A stretch of 63,481 bases of DNA, filler included, from Platydemus manokwari (GCA_037951405.1; 5 parts of 5 records of this genome joined end to end with filler, not necessarily neighbours in it), one strand, 5' to 3'; positions 13,609 to 24,990 are shown, numbered from the whole stretch's first letter. Program-made: numbers and translations. The notes: generated from the letters alone by a model not told the origin.

Positions 13609-14460
13609 TGTAATTGCTTTATTATCTCAATTTATGGCCACAAAAGCTTAGACAATTTGAAACTACTTTTATTCGGGAATATTATAGTTCTAACTAAATC
13701 GACTTCTTACAGCTCAATATTTCTGTTGAGTTAAACTCATAGAGTCAAAAATATTTAGATAACTGATTGGTTTTGGGGCTTGTTGGTTTTATTTGTAATA
13801 TTATCAGTCTCTTTGAAGATCACTCTTTGAAGATCACTGTTGTCTTGATCATTCTCTGCGAGACCTAATCAAGTCCAAGGTACAATTTATAAACCTTTTT
13901 ATTTATTTCTTCACGATAATATGATCGGCAACAATGATCTTATTAAATTTAATCCTATCAGTCTCAAATTATATCTTAATTTATTGCCTTACTATCTGAT
14001 CTTTTTTACAAGAACTTCAATCAATAACGACCTTCAATTACACTAAGATTTATTATTACAAACACCGATACAGCAATTGACACAAAAATTACATGAGTAG
14101 CTTACACTAAAACTGAACTCACGTTAGTTGCAAATGTCTACCGAGAAAATGGTATATACTGACTTCAAACAATAATACGCAATACGTCTAATGGTCTCCA
14201 ATAACTAATGGGGCCGTCTGTGGTCTACTGATTTTATCCCCTTTATATAGTATTCGATATATGAGCTTTCATTGTCTCTTAATTTTATTTCGATACAATT
14301 TTCCCAAAACTCTCAAAGAATTTCGTATTAATTTATTTCTCTTCATAGAAAATTATCGCCACTTATTTTGCGAATAATTATTATTACCAAAATTATATTG
14401 TTATTTTTAATAATATTTGTTTTATCTATTAACTAATTTTCCTAATGTTATTGCATAACA
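13609..14460 (-). mobile_element. Putative solo LTR (gypsy-like)
   Basis: TGT...ACA ends. On the minus strand a CTATATAAAGGGG TATA box (plus 14238-14250) and AATAAA just before the terminal ATTACA. Short internal tandem duplication (ctctttgaagatca x2, ~13809-13838). No TSD found; the right boundary is uncertain. Confidence 0.4.
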
Positions 14461-16800
14461 TCATATTGTTTTAAGAAATAATTATAACATTTATTTTTAT
14501 AATTATTATTTATCTCAATAAATTATTCATTCCTTTTTTGCTAAGCTTTCAGATAAAAAAATTATAAAATGTTATTTCGATAAAAAATGATTACATTTAA
14601 GATATCATGCAGAACTATTGTGACAGTTTATTGATATAATTCAGATAAGCTGCCAACCATAAAAAGATACATTGGCTAATTGGTACATTTTCAATTTAAG
14701 CCAGACTCAAATATTACTACAATATACATAAATCGTTACAAAAATATACCAATGTCGTCAAAATTGTTATTTTTTATTATTTTTTTAAATAGCACGATTT
14801 TCCAAAACCCCAACATTACAGTAAAGGTATAATTCGATAATTTTCATATGCCAATAAAATCCATTACTCAAACCAAAAATATACAAATCTTTATCTGAGC
14901 ACTATATGGATATATATCATAAAAAGTTTCTTTATTCTCAAAAGCATAGTATTTCAAAGATGACTAAAAAGGGAACTTAGTTGCCAATAAGCACTGGAGG
15001 GTGCCTTTTTTGACAACGAACTCTTCAAACCCATATTTTGAATTTTGCACTTTAAGATATTCAACCTACAAAGTATCTCAAATTGATTATGTAAACCAAG
15101 ACAATTATGAAAGAGCAATTCAATTTATCATCTCAGGTTTGGTTGTGAAACAGAAATATATTTCCTCAAAATATAAAATAATGTAAAATCTATAAAACAA
15201 AGCCGTGATAACAAAAATATTATATAAATATTTATCAAAGTAACTCACCAAGTAAACAGTTTAACCATATTATTTATAAAAATATATATAATTTAGTAAT
15301 AATAATGATAATAATTTTAAAATGTTAAGCGAATAGCCCAAAATATATTCAATTTTAACCCTTGTTATGACATCGAAATGTTCATTTTATGTTTCACTGC
15401 AGAATAAGATCTCAAAGATAAAAAATTAAGCATAAAGAATATAAATTTGTTTGGCATACCAAATTTATTGTAAATATTAAATTTAAAAAATTGGTACGCA
15501 TATTTCCTTCATTAATAAATTACTAAAATTTCGCTAGTTTTCTGATATCGAATTGTCTTTGATTGTCGTTGTAGTTGCAATAATTCTTGATCGATCGAAA
15601 AAGTTTGTGTTTCGATTGACAGGAATAAAGTGTGGTTGGGTTTTGGTAGTTATTTGGAAATCGTGTGATATGAATATTGATCATTTGACCAACTTAATTA
15701 AAAAGTTCAAATGACCTTGAACATTAATTAGAAAATATTATTTTATTATTACTATTATAATTATGAACACTGTTATATTATTTCATATAATCATTTTATT
15801 ACGGAATAGCTATCAATGAATAAAACAAAAAATTCCAGAGTAAATTATTATGATAAAAATTTTATATCTTTAAATGGATCCACACAATCAACATCTCTGT
15901 AGTAAATTATATTTCACGAATCTTTGCAGGCATAATGAAATAATAATAATGAGTTAAGAAAAGGGTTCCTAAAATAAATTTTTAAAATTTTTGAGTTTAT
16001 TGCAAAAATCCATATAGTTTATTTAATTTTATTCTTTAAAACATTTTGAATTTTTTATTTAAGTACTTGAGAAGAATTTTAGTTGTTTGTAATAAGATAT
16101 TAAATACAGTAGAACTTTAAAATCTCCTAAAATTTGATTATTTGAAAAGGTATAAAGTAGGTCGAATTGCAATTTATTTAAAACTAGTTAGGACCCCATT
16201 TTTAACACTAGAAGCAAATTGAAATATGCTCTCAATTTTTAGAATTTTAGAATAGGAACTTGGTTTAGAAACTGTTTTGCCCCTATTAGACATACTAATA
16301 AGTGAGATATTAACTGAATTATACGAATAAATCAAACATCGCAATTGTATTTAAAATTAAGTTATAAAATTATCTCATGCGCGAAAATTAATTATTAGGA
16401 AAGTAGGTCAAAGAACTCCTTTCCGTAACTTAAGCCAATTATTATTATATTTTATTAATTTACAAGGTCACTTAAACTTTTAATTAATTTAGTCTATGAC
16501 TAGTTATTTATCATTATTCTCATATATCAGTTTTGAATACCTGAGGAATCCCGATCAACACATGTACACTATCGATCGACAACTATAGACAAGTTAGTCA
16601 ATTATTTGGAAGGAACATAAACAGAAATATTATTAATTTATTATAAAATTTCATGAATTATCCAATTTTTTTATTAATGACTCTTTGATACCTTAATTTT
16701 CATTGGATTCTAATTATTGATGTATAAATGAATGTTAATAATATAATTTAAAATTAATTTTTTGTTCCCTTTATAATATATTAAAAAATAATTTATTCAG

Positions 16801-17040
16801 GTGTCTATTAATGATAAGCTGAGTCGTGAGGGTATGGCACGTTTACTTAATGAAGAAGAATGGAATAGCTTATTCTATGTACATAAGGCTTATGTTGATA
16901 ACTTTTTTGAATCGGGTTCTATGTCACCAAGTGCTATAGAAAATGCTAATTTGATTAGCCTTGTTAATTCGAGTGGATTTCTTGTTCGAAAATTAATCAG
17001 TTTTGCAAAATGTCTGACAGAATTTACATCTTTGGAACAG
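16801..17040 (+). CDS. Nuclear hormone receptor ligand-binding-domain exon (helices 1-4; NR1-like, e.g. HR96/VDR group)
   Basis: ttattcAG acceptor at 16799-800, GTttct donor at 17041. Encodes ...LLNEEEWNSLFYVHKAY...LVNSSGFLVRKLISFAKCLTEFTSLEQ, the first part of the LBD signature FAKxxxxFxxLxxxDQ, interrupted by the intron just before DQ. Confidence 0.85.
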
Positions 17041-17256
17041 GTTTCTTTCTTGATTCTTATTTTTATGATTATAAAATCATTATGGTTTTCTGAAGATATA
17101 AAAATGACAAGCATTACCTTACTAAATGATTGTTGCAAAATTATCTTTTGTAGTTTTTGGTTAGTAATGGTTGTAGAAAATGTTTATATTTTCACAAACG
17201 CAGGAATGTCTATCAGACGCAAAGGAGAATATGACCTGTCTACTTAAACCACCATT

Positions 17257-17364
17257 ACAAAAGTCTGTCATAAGTGTTTTGTGAAACCAAAGGAAATCAT
17301 TTATCATTGTGTTTATTTAAAACCCAGACCGTTGATTTGTAAAGATGTTTTCACAACTATGTAA
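17257..17364 (+). mobile_element. Degenerate piggyBac transposase C-terminal cysteine-rich domain
   Basis: TKVCHKCFVKPKEIIYHCVYLKPRPLICK, then (frameshift) CFHNY, resembling CxxC...RKETxYxCxxCxxxPxLC..CFxxYH. Confidence 0.5.
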
Positions 17365-18538
17365 AAATGTGCGATAGGCTAGGCGATCTAAATTGTTCAG
17401 GAGAAAAGTATAATGCCTATTAAGAAAATTGATCAACCCAAATAGATCTTTGCATCAATTTGGCTGGAATGTATGTGTCCTTCTATAAAATACCCCTTCT
17501 ATATACCTTTGGACTGTAATTTATTTAGATATTTTCAAGAAATTTTCTTTGAAATTCAAATTTATCAGTTTTACGCGTGCTTATTTATGCAACTATCAGA
17601 AACTGGAGTAAGGTCATGCAATTAAATTATCGTTAATGTTTGCATTTTGCACCGGCTTAGGGGTTTGTAAAGCTTATGGAATCTAAATGAAATTATCTAA
17701 AAGTTGTTGATTAAATTTATATTGAGTGTTGAAACAGGGATTTGGTTCCACTGTTAATGAATATAGTGCAATTAACGAAATGTATATAGAAACAAAACGT
17801 TACTCACTGTAAAATAATTTCAAGTATAACAATCTCCTAGTTATAATCTTTAAAAATCGAATTCTTCTTAATTAGTATTTTCGTTATCTACGATTTGAAC
17901 TGTCTTTTTATACTATTTATTGATATACGTGATGTGTTACTTTGTTGTTTTATTAATTTTAAATTTCGTTATTAAACTCGATAAATTTTACCTTGTTCGC
18001 ATTCAGTTTCGTCTGAATTGAATTCTTTTTAGTCTGGAATGCTTATTTTTATTTTGTTGAAAAATAACATTGTACGTTGGAAATATTATTTTTCAATAAA
18101 TAACCGATTAAATATAATAATTCATCGATTAACAAAATAATGATCATTATATTTTTCCAATAATACAAAAAAGAAAGATCAAATAAAATCAAATATCGTC
18201 AATATCAACTTTTCAATTCGAGGTTTTTGAGAATTGTGATTGTTTGGAGTTCGAAGCATTTAAGAATTTGAATTTGTTTGACCATTGTGATTTCTGATTA
18301 CTTGTTGGTGTTGCGGTGGATCGTAGTTATTGGTAATTTGATAATACAGTTGACGGTTTTGATGCAGTTTTAGGGCAGTTATATTTTATTATATTGTCCC
18401 CTATCCTACCGTAACAGTTCTGTTTAATTTTATTTTATAATTATAAAATAGTTAATAATTATAAAATAATATAAGTATAAACAGGTAAACATAAAAGTCA
18501 AGTGATAATTGTTTCATCAATAATTGTTAATTATCACA

Positions 18539-18696
18539 TTAACCACTTAAGCATCTCGAAAGAGACCCTCTCGCGCATCAAATGTGTTCCGATTTGCGCT
18601 ATCCCGAGTACCTCTCGCTACTTATAAATATTATGTTTATATTTTTATCTGGAGCGATACCTTCTCGCCCGTTTGTATTTCATAGAGCTTAGTGTA
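18539..18696. mobile_element. Possible piggyBac-like terminal sequence truncated by the contig end
   Basis: TTAA followed by CCAC..., then a GC-rich tract with repeated ctctcgc/ttctcgc motifs. The other end is not visible. Confidence 0.3.
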
Positions 18697-18796
18697 NNNN
18701 NNNNNNNNNNNNNNNNNNNNNNNNNNNNNNNNNNNNNNNNTTAATTAATTAANNNNNNNNNNNNNNNNNNNNNNNNNNNNNNNNNNNNNNNNNNNN
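18697..18796. other. Artificial contig-joining spacer
   Basis: 44 N + TTAATTAATTAA (stop codons in all six frames) + 44 N = 100 bp; identical at four places in the window. Confidence 0.98.
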
Positions 18797-18837
<41 letters not shown>

Positions 18838-18890
18838 GTTATTATTATTATTATTATTATTGTTATTATTATTGTTATTATTATTATCAT
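18797..18890. repeat. (TTA)n microsatellite
   Basis: About 30 TTA units with a few TTG variants at the contig start. Confidence 0.95.
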
Positions 18891-18938
18891 TAATTTTGAA
18901 TTTCTATTATTTGATTTTTAAATTATATCCATTTCCAG

Positions 18939-19670
18939 AAAAAGAAAGAAATTCTTAGTGACTTACAAACTATTATTAATTACGCAAAAAGCAACTTTAA
19001 AAATGCAATATTTAATAAAATGTTATTAAATTTTAAAAAGAAAATACTAGTTGGCGATTTCAATTCGCCAAAAAAACTCGGATTAATAGAAACCAAAAGT
19101 CGCGGACTAGTCACGGATTGGAAGCTTCTATTAGTCACGGATTGGAAGCTTCTACTAGTCACGGAATGGAAGTTTCAACTAGTCACGGAATGGAAGAAAC
19201 TCTTAATGGCGAAGAGGAATCCGAAATAATACTTTGTTTGAACGAAAAAGATAAATATCCAATTGCAAAATTTACATGAAAAAAAACTAATGGGAATTAA
19301 AACTGTACTAATGGAAAGTAAAGTCAAAAAGCCTACCCTATTCGAAAATTTTCAATCAAATAACATGAAGGAATGTATTATTTCACTGAAAAAACTTGAT
19401 GCCATGAAAACTATTGGGAATAAATCTCTCCATGTTTATTCTTTAACTGGAGAGATTATTTTACAAATGAAAATATTTGCGCCAAAAAATTACCTTAATA
19501 TTTTGAATATCAACGGCATAAATTACAAGCCAAAGTATATTAAATCCATTTTGAGGTTTACAAAGCTATGTCAAAAACATCATATATTACTAACTTTTTC
19601 AGTGCCTTTTAATTATATTCATAAAAATTTCAAAAATATTAAAGAGCTCTGTATTATAAATAAATGGTGA
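18939..19670 (+). pseudogene. Frameshifted orphan coding exon (ORFs 19020..19229 and 19263..19670 are parts of it)
   Basis: tttccAG acceptor at 18937-38 opens KKKEILSDLQTII...ILVGDFNSP. The repeat region reads more naturally in another frame (TSHGLEAS-like x4, then TLNGEEESEIILCL). The original frame resumes near 19263 to TGA 19670, followed by AATAAA at 19672-77. Confidence 0.5.
19106..19201 (+). repeat. 24-bp coding-type tandem repeat x4 (ACTAGTCACGGATTGGAAGCTTCT consensus)
   Basis: Four contiguous units at 19106, 19130, 19154 and 19178, plus a truncated unit at ~19095-19105. No spacers between units. Confidence 0.95.
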
Positions 19671-19812
19671 CAATAAAATTTGTGGATTATTTCTCTTGTT
19701 ATTAATTACAATTTTTCATAATAATAATAAGAAATTTCAAAAATTTTGAGGGCGAATGAAGAGCTTACATGGTTAAAATATTCAAATAAAGATTGAAAGT
19801 AAATAGCTAAAG

Positions 19813-20070
19813 ATGATAAGAAAAAGTTGTGTCATTTGTCATGACACAGCTAAAATAATTTTTGATACTTTCAAAACAGAGATCAACCAAGGAAATTTAA
19901 GATATAAAAGAAAAGATCTCATCAAAATATATAACAAAATAAAATTAGACCTCCTGAAGCAGATTGAGCTTTTGCTCGTTTCAGCTATGGTTGATATAGA
20001 TGGCGAAAATGAAATATTGCGTAATAATTCTTGTTATATTTGTGTAAATATGAAATTATGGAAATATTAA
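19813..20070 (+). CDS. Small intronless orphan protein (85 aa) with N- and C-terminal CxxC pairs, possibly zinc-binding
   Basis: ATG-initiated intact ORF; CVICH near the N-terminus and CYIC near the C-terminus bracket amphipathic helical sequence. Confidence 0.5.
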   Translation: MIRKSCVICHDTAKIIFDTFKTEINQGNLRYKRKDLIKIYNKIKLDLLKQIELLLVSAMVDIDGENEILRNNSCYICVNMKLWKY

Positions 20071-21099
20071 ATATAATAATAATAATTTTTATTTTCATGA
20101 GTGTTTGACCATTTTTGATTTTGTAATATTATCAAGTAGTCCACGACATTACTCATACTCATCCTTACAGATTAAGATATTATTTTATGAACTAGACAGT
20201 TTCGAATTTTGATGAAACTAACTGTCGCTTATCAAATGACAGTGAGCATCTGTTTGTGTGGGTATTGATTGAGTCTGTATTAGTCTCCCTGTAATAATGA
20301 AATTAATAACGAATATGATAATATATTATTTCTTCTTTCACCTGTACTATTATTTTGTGATGCCAATATTGATAAAATATTCATGCAATATTTTACGATC
20401 GGTAAGAGAAATTATTGAGATAGAAAATCTTCGAAAAAAAATTCAAAGCAAAAGGCCTTAGCAAATAATGTTGTGAGAAGAAAAAAATCCAAAAATGTTG
20501 ATTTGAAAGAGGGAAACTTATTTGTAGATTTAACTTAATAATTGAATGTTTCGTTATTTATGTATATTTTCCCTTGTGTGTTTTATTGAATTCGGTTTGC
20601 AAATTAAGTCCCATATGGACCTGAAATTGACCTGTTACAATAAACGTTGTTTGCTTCTATTTTATAATCCTAGATGACCGTTAATTAATAATAAATATTT
20701 AGTATTAATGACTATTCATTTTAAAATGCAATAAGAAAACTTATACAAATGACTTATATATCATCTTTTATATATCCAATAGCCTAATGATTAAATAATT
20801 TTGATGGAAAAACATCTAAGAATTTCTAAAGTAACTACTAATGCAGAATGGCACCCTGAAGAATTATATTATTAAGGTTTAATTTAGCGATTTTTAGCGT
20901 TTAAATGGCTTCTGCCTGAATATTGCTATTTATAAACAATATAAATGCTATTTATAAAGTTATGAATTTTATCTTTAATAAATTTAATATGAAAAATAAA
21001 AAAGCAAACGGCACCTATAAACAGTAACAGTAATTAAAATGTACGACTTTAAATATAAAATAAAATTACGGGGAAAATAATGAAATAAAATAAAATAAA

Positions 21100-22071
21100 A
21101 TGAATCGGCAAATCAAAGACTGAAGATGAGATGATGACCCATTAACGATATCTACTACAGAGGAGGAATCTCTCCTGGGAATCAACATTCACAACAACAG
21201 ACTATGGACGTAAGATAAACCTAGAAAGCAAGCTATCCCAATGGCTTCTCCAGAGCAGTCTTTAATCAAGGGAACTTCTCATAACATAGGCATTAGGAAA
21301 TATGAAAGGGTAGAAGACTTACCGAACAAACTTAAACCCCCAACAAAAAGCAACCGAGTATTCACCCTAATACATTCAATAACTCAAACACGTTTCTAGC
21401 TGGAGGAACTATCACAACATAACTTCATAGAAACCCACCGATTTATAGTGCATGCTGCAAACCCAACGATAACAATTAGGACATGGACTGATAACCACGA
21501 AGTGGAAGCCTTATCTTCTCTAAAGATAAGACTGAGAATGCGGCATGAGCAAAGAAGAGGGTTATAGAAGCGCTATAATTAGCGTATCAGACCTCCCGGC
21601 CATTTTTGCAATCGAGCAGAGAATGGTTGAAGGACGGGAGTGGACAAACGAGATACCCATAAACCCCCCCCCATAGTAACACAAAGAAAATGACCCTTTC
21701 AGGAATTGGACAGAAGCCTGGGTTTCTTAAGAAAAACCACTGTCAATGAAGTAAGAACAAGAAGCCATTGTCTTTATCGATGTCAAAACAGCAGAATACT
21801 TCCTGGGGGAGTTTCACCCAACATGGGGGGAATAGAGGACTACGTAGGAAATGATTTATTCAAAGAAAAGATCTGACAGCGAGCAGAAATCAAGAAATAT
21901 AATGTACACAGGGGAGGATTAGAGGAGTATGAAGTAAGAGGCTAGGTGGATGAAGAATGGGCCAAGGTGAGGTTCAGGGAAATCTGGCAAGGGAAAATCA
22001 TGGTCGGCCATCGACTGAAAGAGAAGTTGATGACAATTGGACTAAAGATAGAAGAAGTGCTATTAGTGTGA
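21100..22071 (+). pseudogene. Decayed intronless gene with C-terminal REX4/ISG20-like DEDDh 3'-5' exonuclease domain
   Basis: Purine-rich, GC-richer island with ATG at 21100 and TATAAA at 21016-21. Reading across stops and frameshifts gives AIVFIDVKTAE (21764) / GIEDYVGNDLFKEKI*QRAEIKKYNVHRGGLEEYEVRG*VDEEWAKVRFREIWQGKIMVGHRLKEKLMTIGL. This is colinear with the REX4-type pattern SIVNYxGxVxxDxxVKPxxxVxDYRTxxSGIxxxxxxxAxxFxxxxxxxxxxLxGxILVGHxLxxDLxxL. Confidence 0.65.
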
Positions 22072-22238
22072 TATTTGCTATTATGAATTGCTTTTAACAG
22101 TTATTTGAATTTTTTGATATCAACAATAAACAATTAGTGTAATTTTTGCTATTATAAATGGTTTTTATTTTTTTTTATGAAAGGGTCATTATGTAATCAT
22201 TTTATTATAAATGCAATGAATATTTTTTATGAGATTCG

Positions 22239-22915
22239 TGTATGCGGACGATGTGAGCAAATTCGGAGGATGCGTTAGCAAAGCAAATAAATGATAATAT
22301 TAATAAAACGATAACGAATAAAATATGGTCAGTAGGATAAACAGTTAAATAATAAAATTAAAAGTAAAGATAAATAAATAAGATTTAATAAAAAATTTGA
22401 AAGGTGTAAAATAAAGTTAAATTAGATCAATTAAAATAGGCACGAGAAAATAACTGATTAAATAAATCGTGAGAAAATAATCAGCCAAATTCGTAAAACT
22501 AAACCAAAATGAGAGAATTTATGAAAGAAAAATCATCAGGTATTCGTGTGAGAAAATAGACAGGATCAGACGCCTATAAATATCAGCGCTGGTAATAGGT
22601 AAGAGCCATAATAATAACGCACAGTAGAGACATCAATCGAACGATCATTATTCTGATTTGAGAAAAACTTTGACGGACGACGATAAAGAAGTTTCATTAA
22701 TTTCTGAGGTCCATCAGCCTTTCTTATTTATACAGAGCTATAAGTGGTCATAGATCATCAATTATTGGAAATTGCCTTATTGGACTATTAATCCTGGATT
22801 TATTTTTATTCGAGATTAAGCAGTAAGAATCTTTTAGATTACGCTTTCATTAATTTGTTAAACGCTCACTCGTAATAATTATCGAAATAATTAATAATTA
22901 ATTATAATGTTAACA
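22239..22915 (+). mobile_element. Putative LTR
   Basis: TGT...TAACA ends, A-rich U3-like region with repeated cgtgagaaaata-like motifs, and a CCTATAAATA TATA box at ~22572-81. No TSD found. Confidence 0.35.
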
Positions 22916-23858
22916 AGCATTAACATTGTGTAATTCAATAATTGGCTTTGTCGATAACTAACTTCTTCGGTTTTGTATAATAAAATATCTTCGTCCGTTT
23001 CACGGATTTTCCTGTTACTGGCTGAGGCGAGGTACGGGGCATTTTGATTAACATTTTTGGTGTTTTTCTTTCAATATTAATTGTTAATTTTCCTGTTTTC
23101 TAAATTAATAAAGATTTTGAAATTTTGCATTGTTATTTTGAATTTAAATATCACTACATACAGAGTTGTTATACCACGAGACTATATATTATCATATTAT
23201 AGTAATTTGTTAAAGGTTGTCACCGTAAAATATAATATCAAGCCTTTGAATCTTCATTCGTCGTTTTATCATAGATTATTAACACGTTTTTCATAACCGC
23301 CTCATTATTTTCAAGCCCAGAGTAACTCGTTTTCCTCTGTGCTCAATTATTAATTTAAAATCAAATTATTAAAGACAAGTTTTGTCACCAAATCACAATG
23401 AGTCTACAAGTCCATTATTAGTAATATTTTATTAACCTATTATATATAAATTTTGTTCTTCATTAAATTACACTAATAAATGTCAGTGAGTTCTCCTTTG
23501 AAATTCCTTCTATTATGAAGTTAATTTTATTGTTTGCATCGAAATGACTACTACTACTACTTTGTCAATATTTAATTTTTACACAAACGATAGCCGAATA
23601 AATATAATTACTTTTCCAAATTCATTTAAAAATCTTGAACGAATGTTGTTAACGCAAAGATCAATTAACTGTACAAAGTTAACCTTAAAAATACGCTCAA
23701 CCAATTATTTGGGTTGTAAGCTCTTGTTGAAATCATGAAGACCTTTGTACTATGAATTTGTGGATATTTATGAATTATTATTGTTGTCCATTTCCCAACA
23801 ACATCACGTGATAGCATGGTATATATTTTCTCATAGATGATCCTCAGTTGTTGATGAC

Positions 23859-24819
23859 TTAATTGATTCCTCGGTTTTTTTTACTGTTTTGGCAGGATCG
23901 ACGCAAGTTTTCCCGACTGCATGCGTGAGTGTTGCGCAAATGGCGTTTTAGTTGATTAATTAGGTCGAATCCAAGTCCACACACGTTGCAGAGATATGAT
24001 TTGTAATTTTGATGAACTCTATTGTGACGAGTTAAACAGAATTTCCTTTTGAATTGAAGGTCGCAAATTGTACACTTATATGCATGGTTGGTTTTTGATG
24101 TTGATGATCGAATATTGTCGAGATTACAAGATGTTTCGTCAACATTGATGACAGAGCTTGTTGGGGAAATTTTTTCAATCGATTCCACTGATACGTTACA
24201 CAATTTCTCGTCGCTTTCATCGGTTTCAATGGATTTATTCAATAAATCAATTTTCGGGACTTTACTGTTGTGAGATGTGAACTCGAATTGAGTATCAATT
24301 TTCAATTCACAAGCACACGTTGGAGTCAATGGTTTCATTTGATCCGACTCACTTTTAACATTTGTTGTATCATCGTCAATTATATGTCGAAATGTTTGCT
24401 GAGGTTTACGTGGCCTTCGTTTTTGAGTTGATGACTTTTCTGTTTCATCAATCAAAATAGAGTAATCTTTTACTTTGTCAATTTCCATTTCTTTTGTCGA
24501 TGAATTCCGGACCGTTTCCATACCTCCAGTGACTTCTTCAAGTGCCTTCAAGATGTCATTTTTTTGACTGATGTCCGTCAACTTGGAATAATCGGTATTG
24601 GTATTCGTTAAAACGATATCTTTTTTGATAAATGTTTCATTTAATTTAATACTTATATCAACATCATCATCAATATTGATACAAAGTAACCCGAATATAT
24701 CAATTGTTCGTTCATATTGAACGACTTGTTGACATGAAGATGAAATGACATTGGAAATAAGATTAGCAATCGTTTTTTGCAGTTTCACATTTACTCGACC
24801 TTTTTCGGATTTATTTGAT
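23859..24819 (-). CDS. C2H2 zinc-finger protein, exon 2 (two C2H2 fingers; 322 aa in total with exon 1)
   Basis: tttAG acceptor (plus ct 24820-21). Fingers YKCTICDLQFKRKFCLTRHNRVH and YLCNVCGLGFDLINQLKRHLRNTH; basic KRRPRKPQQ motif; stop at 23859-61. Confidence 0.9.
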
Positions 24820-24990
24820 CTAAATAATAAATTAAATCTGTAATTGATGGAAAACCATATAACAACCAATAATTAAAAACGAAATCGAAACATAGGCATT
24901 TAAGTTTATTCCATTTAAACATTAGTCATTGTATAATAACATTCATTATTTAAAAACAATCTCAATTATATAAAAGTAATCACAACTTAC

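Noticed and set aside
18741-18752. TTAATTAATTAA as a recurring biological motif (also 29136, 39814, 53054)
   Set aside because: Always centred between exactly 44 Ns; it is an assembly linker.
19106-19201. CRISPR-like array (24-bp repeats)
   Set aside because: Units are contiguous with no unique spacers, the length is a multiple of 3, the context is eukaryotic and there are no cas genes. It is a coding minisatellite.
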